NCBI GenBank assembly: GCA_964412615.1
Contig: CAYPPK010000001.1
Span: 54,983 to 118,982 of the forward strand
Direction of reading: 5' to 3'
Source: an uncultured Candidatus Saccharibacteria bacterium
Lineage (GTDB): Bacteria > Patescibacteriota > Minisyncoccia > Sungbacterales > HO2-52-23
Length of the DNA: 64,000 nucleotides
Under the pieces are notes generated by a model that saw only the letters and a list, made by a program, of their open reading frames with translations, was not told the DNA's origin and did no database searches. This document shows positions 57,803 through 64,000 of this stretch, piece by piece. The translations under genes and the position numbers were made by a program. Numbering within the stretch: position 1 is the first letter of the stretch; every line of letters starts with the position of its first letter.

Positions 57803-59559
57803 TGAACCAAGAAACCAAAATTTGCCAAAATTGCAAACAAAACTTCATCATTGAGCCGGAAGATTTTGCGTTCTATGAAAAAATTAAAGTTCCTCCGCCG
57901 ACTTGGTGCCCGGAGTGCAGATTTCAGCGGCGGGCAGTATCCAGAAACGAGCGCAATCTTTTTCGGGTGAAAGACGCGCATGACGGGAAAGAAATCTTTT
58001 CCGGCATTCCGCCGCAGGCCAACCTAAGGGTTTATGAGCGTGATTTCTGGTGGTCAGACGGTTGGGATCCCATGGACTACGGTCGTGATTATGATTTCTC
58101 GCGGCCTTTCTTTGAGCAGTTTAGAGAACTGATGCACGAAGTACCATTTCCTGCACGCAATATACTTCGCCTGATAAATTCGGATTATTCTGATAATTGT
58201 GGAGATTCGAGGAACTGCTATTTGTGTTTTAACGTCGGGAATATAGAAGATTCTCTGTATATGGTTAGTGCCTATAACTGCCGGAATTGTTCTGACATTA
58301 GTATGACTTCAGAAACCGAACTTTCCTATGATTCTTTTGAAGTCGGCAATTCGTACAAGATATTTTTCTCTCATCATATAGATGATTCAAACAATATCTG
58401 GTTTTCTAAGGACCTTACGGGCTGTTCTTATTGTTTTGGATGTATAAATCTGCGCGGCAAGCAGTACTACATTTTTAATCAGCCGTATTCTAAAGAGCAA
58501 TATTTTGAGGAACTCAATAGAATAGATCTTGGCTCCTACGCAAATTTAGTTTCTATCGCTAAACGTGTAGAAAGTTTTTGGCAAAGTAATCCGAAAAAAT
58601 ATTATCATGGAGTACACAATGTTAATTCTACCGGAGACCATATCCATAACAGCAAAAACGTCCAGTGGTGTTTTGGCGTAACCGAGACCGAGGACTCAAA
58701 ATATTGCCAGGAAGTTTATAGAGGAGTGAAAGATTCCTATGACTATATGGACTGGGGGGATAAGTGTGAATTAATATACGAAGCCTGTGAGGTTGGACTT
58801 GGCGGGAGAGAAGTCAAATTTTCAACAGTATGCTGGCCGGAGGTTTTTGATATTGAGTATTCTATGAGATGCGGGTCGTCCTCTAATCTATTTGGTTGTA
58901 TTGGACTACGCAACAAGCAATACTGCATCTTGAACAAGCAATACTCAAAGGAAGATTATTTTAATCTTCGGGAAAAAATTATTAAACACATGGACGAGGT
59001 GCCGTATCAGGATAATAGAGGACATATTTATAAATATGGCGAGTATTTTCCTCCGGAATTTTCCTTAATTGCTTATAACGAAAGCTTAGCGCAAGATTAT
59101 TTTCCGCTAACAAAAGAAGAAGCACTCCGGCAGGGATACTTATGGCGAGATCCAAGCCCTCACGAGTTTCGAACCACAATTGCTGCCGAGGAACTTCCTG
59201 ATCATATAAAAGATGTAACCGACTCCGTCTTGAAAGAAATAATAAAATGTTTCAGTTGCGGCAAGGCTTATCGTTTTATTGAGCCCGAATTTTCTCTTCT
59301 CAAACAAAATGGAATCCCTCTCCCGCGGCTTTGTTGGATTTGTCGGCACAATCGTCGCCTAAAACTCCGTAATTATCCCCACTATTTTAGGAGAAAATGT
59401 ATGTGCGGTGGGACAAAAAGCAAGGATGGAAAATATGAGAATCAAGCCTCTCATTTTCACGGCCAGCAGCATTGCCCGAATGATTTTTTTACAACATTTA
59501 AATCTGACCGGCCTGATATAGTTTACTGCGAGCCATGTTATCAAGCAGAAATTCTATGA
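57802..59559 (+). CDS. Cys-rich protein with homologous N- and C-terminal zinc-ribbon modules and internal duplicated LFGCI.LR.KQY motifs, hypothetical
   Basis: 585 aa; CQNC...CPECR at N-terminus and CFSCG...CWICR at C-terminus flanked by similar FIEPE...P(P)..C motifs; about 30 Cys total. Confidence 0.4.
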   Translation: MNQETKICQNCKQNFIIEPEDFAFYEKIKVPPPTWCPECRFQRRAVSRNERNLFRVKDAHDGKEIFSGIPPQANLRVYERDFWWSDGWDPMDYGRDYDFSRPFFEQFRELMHEVPFPARNILRLINSDYSDNCGDSRNCYLCFNVGNIEDSLYMVSAYNCRNCSDISMTSETELSYDSFEVGNSYKIFFSHHIDDSNNIWFSKDLTGCSYCFGCINLRGKQYYIFNQPYSKEQYFEELNRIDLGSYANLVSIAKRVESFWQSNPKKYYHGVHNVNSTGDHIHNSKNVQWCFGVTETEDSKYCQEVYRGVKDSYDYMDWGDKCELIYEACEVGLGGREVKFSTVCWPEVFDIEYSMRCGSSSNLFGCIGLRNKQYCILNKQYSKEDYFNLREKIIKHMDEVPYQDNRGHIYKYGEYFPPEFSLIAYNESLAQDYFPLTKEEALRQGYLWRDPSPHEFRTTIAAEELPDHIKDVTDSVLKEIIKCFSCGKAYRFIEPEFSLLKQNGIPLPRLCWICRHNRRLKLRNYPHYFRRKCMCGGTKSKDGKYENQASHFHGQQHCPNDFFTTFKSDRPDIVYCEPCYQAEIL

Positions 59560-59664
59560 ATCCCACACATAACCCTGGGCAAGATATACAATCAGCTTTG
59601 CATAAAATACTTATAGCTACTTTGTTGTTGGGGAAAACCGGCACAAAGTTATGTGTGGGATGAA
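59556..59664. repeat. palindromic intergenic element family A, copy 3 (109 bp)
   Basis: ATGAA-TCCCACACATAAC ... GTTATGTGTGGGA-TGAA; left ATGAA contains the TGA stop of the upstream gene, right end supplies ATG 59660. Confidence 0.8.
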
Positions 59665-60079
59665 AAAAAAGAAGGTAATGGTTTTTGGGGTTTTTGATAA
59701 ATTGCATCAAGGGCATATTTATTTTCTGAAGCAGGCAAAAAAATACGGTGAAGTTGTGGCCGTGGTGGCTCCTCATAAAGTTGTCGCTCAACTTAAAAAA
59801 AAGACGCTACTTCAATCAGAAAAAGAGAGAATGCGGGCCTTGAAAAAACTGGTTGCCAAAGCAATTTTGGGTGATAAAGTACAAGGTAGTTATATGGTGT
59901 TAAAGAGGTATAAGCCGGATATTATCTGCCTGGGGTATGATCAGAAGTGGTTAAAAAAAGACCTTAAAGAGAAGATAAGGAAGAGGGCAATTCCTCGCAT
60001 TCTATTGATTGATATAAAGTCTTATTTTCCAGAGAAATTTCATTCTTCTTTGTTAAGAAAAGTCCCCATTAAAAATTAA
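59660..60079 (+). CDS. cytidylyltransferase-like nucleotidyltransferase (HxGH family; FMN adenylyltransferase/glycerol-3-P cytidylyltransferase-like)
   Basis: FGVFDKLHQGH motif of the nucleotidyl-transferase alpha/beta phosphodiesterase superfamily; start ATG 59660 from repeat. Confidence 0.55.
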   Translation: MKKKKVMVFGVFDKLHQGHIYFLKQAKKYGEVVAVVAPHKVVAQLKKKTLLQSEKERMRALKKLVAKAILGDKVQGSYMVLKRYKPDIICLGYDQKWLKKDLKEKIRKRAIPRILLIDIKSYFPEKFHSSLLRKVPIKN

Positions 60080-60110
60080 AAGGTCGCTAGTTAGGAGGGA
60101 GATCAAATTT

Positions 60111-60410
60111 ATGGTTTTCCTATATATTACTTGTCATAACGAAGAACAAGCAAGATCGCTGGGCAAAGCTTTGCTGGCTCGCCGAGCCGCGGGGAATATT
60201 CATTTTTTTCCCGCTTTTGCCATGAACCGCGGCAAGGGCGAAGCAGCAGAAACAAAAGAGATAGTAATGCTGGTGCAGACTGTTGATCAAAAAGTGCAGG
60301 AAATTGAAGACATCATCAGAAATATGAAGGCCGTGCCAAAAATCTGCGTGATTGCCATGTCCCGCCTAAGTCGTGAACATAAAGAATGGCTGACAACTCA
60401 AATTTCTTAA
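60111..60410 (+). CDS. cutA: divalent-cation tolerance protein CutA-like
   Basis: 99 aa; alignable to CutA1 (ferredoxin-like fold trimer) over full length. Confidence 0.6.
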   Translation: MVFLYITCHNEEQARSLGKALLARRAAGNIHFFPAFAMNRGKGEAAETKEIVMLVQTVDQKVQEIEDIIRNMKAVPKICVIAMSRLSREHKEWLTTQIS

Positions 60411-60507
60411 TTTTACAGTGGTAAAAGAGTTCATCCTTTCCATGCCTACCCTAGAAGCTAGGGTTTAAATGCTTGGCCAAAAATGTTATAATATAGCGAC
60501 CTGACCC

Positions 60508-62505
60508 ATGGCCAAAAACGAAAAAGATATTATTTATATAGGCAAATGCAATTTCCGCGGCAATGAGCGGGTTTTTGGCATTAAAACCAAAGATCGCCGC
60601 CAGCATATGTATGTAATCGGCAAGACCGGAGTGGGCAAGACCGCGCTTCTTAAAAATTTAGCGCTGCAAGATATCCGAGCGGGAAGAGGTTTGGCCATAA
60701 TTGATCCGCACGGTGAATTCGTGGAGGAAGTTCTCTCGCAAATTCCGCCAGAGCGAACCAACGATGTAATTTATTTCAATCCCGTTGATACGGAATTTCC
60801 CATCGGATTTAATGTTTTGGAAGTACCGGATCAAAAATACAAACACTTGGTAGTGTCTGACTTGTTGGGCATTTTTACTAAAATCTGGGCCAATGTCTGG
60901 TCGGCCCGCATGGAATACATTCTGCAAAATTGCATCATGGCCCTTTTGGATACTCCCGGCACCACGCTTTTGGGGATTCCGCGTCTTTTGGTAGACAAGG
61001 ACTATCGGCAAAAAATAATTGCCAACGTCAAAGATCCGGTAGTAAAATCCTTCTGGGTGCATGAATACGAGACCTGGCGGGATCAATTTAGAAACGAAGC
61101 CATAGTTCCAATTCAAAATAAGGTAAACCAGTTTTTAAATACCGCTTTTATCCGCAATATCGTAGGCCAGCCCAAATCCACGCTTAATATCCCAGAGATC
61201 ATGAATTCCCGGAAGATCCTTCTGGTTAATGTTTCCAAGGGAAGAATAGGAGAGGATAATTCCGCGCTCTTGGGCGCCATGATTATTACCAAAATACAAC
61301 TCGCGTCCATGGAACGCGTGAGAATTCTGGAAGACGAACGGGTGGATTTTTATTTATATGTGGATGAGTTCCAGAATTTTGCTACCGATTCTTTTGCCAG
61401 CATTTTATCCGAAGCAAGAAAATACCGACTAAACATTATTATCGCGCATCAATATGTAGGGCAGTTGGTAACTGATGTCTCCACTAAAGTCCGCGACGCG
61501 GTATTTGGTAACGTAGGAACTATGATTACATTTCGGGTGGGAGCTACGGATGCCGAATTTCTGGAGCCGGAATTTACTCCCGAGTTCATGGGACAGGATA
61601 TAATAAATCTTCCCAACCATCATGTTTATTTGAAATTAATGGTGGATGGAGTTACTTCTCGGCCGTTTTCTTCCGTTACGCTGCCCCCTTTGCAGTTTGA
61701 AACCGATCCGGAAGTGCGGGAGAAAATCATCAAGGTTTCGCGGCAGCGTTATGCTAAACCAAGAGTAGAAGTGGAAGATAAAATTTCACGCTGGAGTGGA
61801 CTTTCTGGAGAATTAGAGGAGAGGGGGAGCAGCGGAACCCCAGCTCTGCCGCCAGGCCAACTTATAGAAACTCCTTGCTGGAACTGCGGCAAAACCGCCA
61901 CCGTGCCGTTTAAGCCCGATGGCCGCCGGCCGGTTTATTGCATGTCCTGTCTTAAGCAGATAGAAGAGGGCAAACTTATTCCTATTCCCGAACGCATGCC
62001 TAAAGTTGGCCGGGAAAAATACAGCCAGTCTCTAGAAGGACTGGGAATTGAATTTGGAGCAGCAAGTAAGGAGACTCGGCCTTCTTATAACCAAAACCAA
62101 GATAGAAAGGAGCCAATGGCAGTTCCTGATAGAATTGGGAATCGTCCCGCTATGCCCAAAGGAAATAATTTTCAGCGCAATAAGCGACGGGAGGATGAAC
62201 GCGTGAAAACGCCCAGCAAAAAGGAAGAAATAAAAATGGGGATACGCTCGCAACCCGTGGTGCGGTCGGCTTCGGGAGTAAAGCCTATTTCACTTTCTTC
62301 TTTGGAGCCCAAAATAGAAGAAGAAAGTCCGACGAACGAAGAAAAAAAATCTCCAAATAAATTTCCCGGATTAAAAGAGCTTTTGCGCGAAGTACTCAAA
62401 ACTGATCAAAATCATAAAGAAGAAATAAAAACGACAGAAAATAAAAAAAGAGAAGCAAAAGAAAATAGCAAAATAGTAAAACCCGGAGATGTAATAAAAT
62501 TTTAA
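60508..62505 (+). CDS. VirD4/TraG/TraD-like P-loop ATPase with C-terminal zinc-ribbon and Lys/Glu-rich tail (paralog of 56175..57629)
   Basis: Walker A GKTGVGKT, Walker B FYLYVDEFQN, AHQY; C-terminal CWNCG...CMSC zinc ribbon and low-complexity K/E-rich tail. Confidence 0.6.
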   Translation: MAKNEKDIIYIGKCNFRGNERVFGIKTKDRRQHMYVIGKTGVGKTALLKNLALQDIRAGRGLAIIDPHGEFVEEVLSQIPPERTNDVIYFNPVDTEFPIGFNVLEVPDQKYKHLVVSDLLGIFTKIWANVWSARMEYILQNCIMALLDTPGTTLLGIPRLLVDKDYRQKIIANVKDPVVKSFWVHEYETWRDQFRNEAIVPIQNKVNQFLNTAFIRNIVGQPKSTLNIPEIMNSRKILLVNVSKGRIGEDNSALLGAMIITKIQLASMERVRILEDERVDFYLYVDEFQNFATDSFASILSEARKYRLNIIIAHQYVGQLVTDVSTKVRDAVFGNVGTMITFRVGATDAEFLEPEFTPEFMGQDIINLPNHHVYLKLMVDGVTSRPFSSVTLPPLQFETDPEVREKIIKVSRQRYAKPRVEVEDKISRWSGLSGELEERGSSGTPALPPGQLIETPCWNCGKTATVPFKPDGRRPVYCMSCLKQIEEGKLIPIPERMPKVGREKYSQSLEGLGIEFGAASKETRPSYNQNQDRKEPMAVPDRIGNRPAMPKGNNFQRNKRREDERVKTPSKKEEIKMGIRSQPVVRSASGVKPISLSSLEPKIEEESPTNEEKKSPNKFPGLKELLREVLKTDQNHKEEIKTTENKKREAKENSKIVKPGDVIKF

Positions 62506-62554
62506 GGGCTTTGTCCAAAAATCCGAGCCATCAGGCGACGGATTTTTGGTTACA

Positions 62555-62653
62555 AAACCTTAACCTCGCTCTAACTCAAAGAAATACTCAGATGTCCGAT
62601 CGGTAAGCCGAAGGCGTTGCCGCGAGATAACCCTATACCGCAAAAGACGGAGT
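62555..62653. repeat. hairpin repeat family B, copy 2 (degenerate)
   Basis: Left arm CAAAACCTTAACCTCGCTCTAACTC about 90% identical to 28153..28179; right arm GAGTTAGGGCGTGG is imperfect reverse complement; lies between convergent genes (TraG-like ATPase and efp) and may act as a bidirectional terminator. Confidence 0.5.
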
Positions 62654-62664
62654 TAGGGCGTGGA

Positions 62665-63234
62665 TTAGGCCTTTTTTACCCTCTCCACATACTCTCCTTT
62701 TTCCGTATTGATGCGAATTATATCCCCCGTATTTATAAATAAGGGCACTTGAACAGCGGCTCCGGTTTCCAGGGTCGCTGTTTTTGTTCCGGCAGAGGAA
62801 CGGTCGCCTTGAACCCCCGGAGGAGCTTCGGTAACTTCAAAATCCATCTTGATTGGCAAAATAATAGTAAGCAGCTCTTCATTAAAGAATACGGCAGTAA
62901 TTTCGGTATTTGGTTTTAGCCATTTTTTGTTCTCGCCAATAAATTCTTCCCTCACAGGAAAGCGCTCATTCGGCTTTTGCGGATCTATAAATGTATATTC
63001 ACCCCGATGTTGGAATAAAAACTTCAAAGGGCGTTTTTCCACATCAGCCTCCTTAAACATATCTGCCGGCTTGAAGTTGCGCGAAAGAACCTGTCCGGTT
63101 TTCAAATGCCGGATTTTGGTCTGCACCGAAGACCCGCCCCGGCCAATGTGCTGGTGGGCAACTTCAAGAACCTGATAGGGGACACCGTCAAGTTCAATTA
63201 GGGAACCTGGTTCTAAGTCGTTTATGGAAAGCAT
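62665..63234 (-). CDS. efp: elongation factor P
   Basis: 189 aa; KOW-like N-domain with conserved loop (KTGQVLSRNFK), OB domains II/III. Confidence 0.85.
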   Translation of the reverse strand: MLSINDLEPGSLIELDGVPYQVLEVAHQHIGRGGSSVQTKIRHLKTGQVLSRNFKPADMFKEADVEKRPLKFLFQHRGEYTFIDPQKPNERFPVREEFIGENKKWLKPNTEITAVFFNEELLTIILPIKMDFEVTEAPPGVQGDRSSAGTKTATLETGAAVQVPLFINTGDIIRINTEKGEYVERVKKA

Positions 63235-64000
63235 AACGATTTTAAATTACAAATTATATTGACTTTTTCCACTGCAGGTGCCCGGCTGGCGCGATAGCGC
63301 TGTTCAACCAGGCCGGTGTCGAAGGGCCTGTGACTGGGGAGGAGATCAAGAAGCATTTCCTGAACGGCTCACCTGAGCCGATTCAAATCGGTCGAGAACC
63401 AATTCGTGCTTCCAGCCTTCCCGGAAGGAAGAAATAACACGCCCGCGACGAGCCCAGCGCTCCTCGCGGGCTTCGTCATTTTTACGGCAGCTTTTGAGCT
63501 GCTACCACAAGAAAAATCTTTTAGTGAACGGTCTGCTAGAGCTGTTCTGCTCGTATGCGAACTTGCGTAGCTCGGCTACAAATTACCGAAGCAAGGAGGG
63601 CTGGGAAACAGGGGCTCCGCCAAACAATCTCTGTCTATTTCCTCTAATTCAGACCTATAAATTTAAAGATACAAACATTTAAAGGTTTCAGCTAAGCGGA
63701 GAACACTGAGGGGCTCCCACCGACGAGCGAGGATAATTTGTCCAAGCGAAGCAGGCTAAGCACTAGAGCAGACGGCGGGAAAGCAGACAAGCGAGCGGAC
63801 TCTGTGGATAACTTTTCTTTATTACTTCTACCGGAATATTATAATGAAATTAAGCCATTAAATCAACTCGCTTTTGCCTTGCGGGAAAAGGTCGTACCCT
63901 TGTTTGGGGTAAATCATGGTAGATGGTTATTGTGCACAATAACTTTTATTCTTAATTTTTTATTTTTAATTGAATAACCTATGGTATTACAAACTTGGGG
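63235..64000. other. ORF-less, locally high-GC (about 55-58%) region of unknown nature; contains a start-less open frame fragment (63245..63433) and several strong hairpins
   Basis: No convincing CDS; composition differs from neighbourhood; hairpins GCCCGCGA-15nt-TCGCGGGC + T-run (about 63411..63460) and CCGAT-TCAA-ATCGG; no tRNA/tmRNA/RNase P signatures could be confirmed by eye. Confidence 0.3.

Noticed and set aside
15315-59664. Interpretation of the family A element termini (ACATAAC ... GTTATGT) as integron attC inverse-core/core sites (RYYYAAC / GTTRRRY)
   Set aside because: The motifs are only one mismatch from the attC core consensus. But the three copies are dispersed over 44 kb rather than arrayed as cassettes. 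The flanking genes are core operon members (ABC ATPase/permease). No intI or attI is visible. The conserved portion extends well beyond the 7-bp core.
1-64000. Alternative genetic code (UGA recoding as in some CPR lineages)
   Set aside because: TGA is used as the stop in several conserved ATGA/TGA overlaps (9204, 41687, 59557). Conserved proteins terminate at TGA with proper length, so the standard bacterial code fits.
63235-64000. tmRNA, RNase P RNA, SRP RNA or tRNA in the high-GC 3' block
   Set aside because: I looked for GGGG...CCA ends, a T-loop (GTTCRANYC), the ANDENYALAA-type tag frame, RNase P CR-I/CR-V and the SRP GGAA/AGCAGC motifs on both strands. Only weak partial resemblances were found, so no RNA gene is claimed.

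Overview
A 64 kb window from a compact, roughly 45% GC bacterial chromosome. Genes are tightly packed on the + strand, often with 4-bp ATGA start/stop overlaps, and TGA is used as a stop. Housekeeping genes present are murB, secA, secD, secF, metK, guaA, efp, speH, hpf, cutA and a family-4 UDG. The gene set also includes O-antigen-ligase/TPR fusions, many glycosyltransferases, VirD4/TraG-like DUF87 ATPases and small hypothetical membrane proteins. It resembles an uncultivated Patescibacteria (CPR)-like organism, which is an inference, not proven. About 1.4-27.9 kb is one large surface-glycan biosynthesis locus: epimerases, DegT aminotransferase, Gfo/Idh/MocA oxidoreductase, UDP-sugar dehydrogenase, two CMP-nonulosonate-type cytidylyltransferases, two TagF-like paralogs, GT2/GT4/GT-C transferases, a WbaP-like priming transferase, an ABC exporter and an O-antigen-ligase-like protein. 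A clear SAM-I riboswitch with an intrinsic terminator precedes metK. The most striking sequence-level signal is a new family of 109-137 bp palindromic intergenic elements (3 copies). Each has perfectly conserved 13-bp terminal inverted repeats, TCCCACACATAAC and GTTATGTGTGGGA, flanked on both sides by ATGAA, and the right end supplies the start codon of the downstream gene. There is also a second degenerate hairpin-repeat family (2 copies) and a GCCAGAGGG...CCCTCTGG hairpin on either side of guaA. Other points of interest: a membrane protein followed by a VirD4/TraG-like P-loop ATPase, with a second ATPase paralog and a Cys-rich zinc-ribbon protein nearby; a DUF4258 toxin-like gene translationally coupled to a Cas4-like PD-(D/E)xK nuclease; a sigma-54 (GAFTGA) activator with an extra C-terminal HTH; a secreted protein with about nine tandem 4-Cys repeats next to an S1 protease; a SET-domain protein; an orphan PurD-like ATP-grasp; and a high-GC ORF-less stretch at the 3' end of the window.
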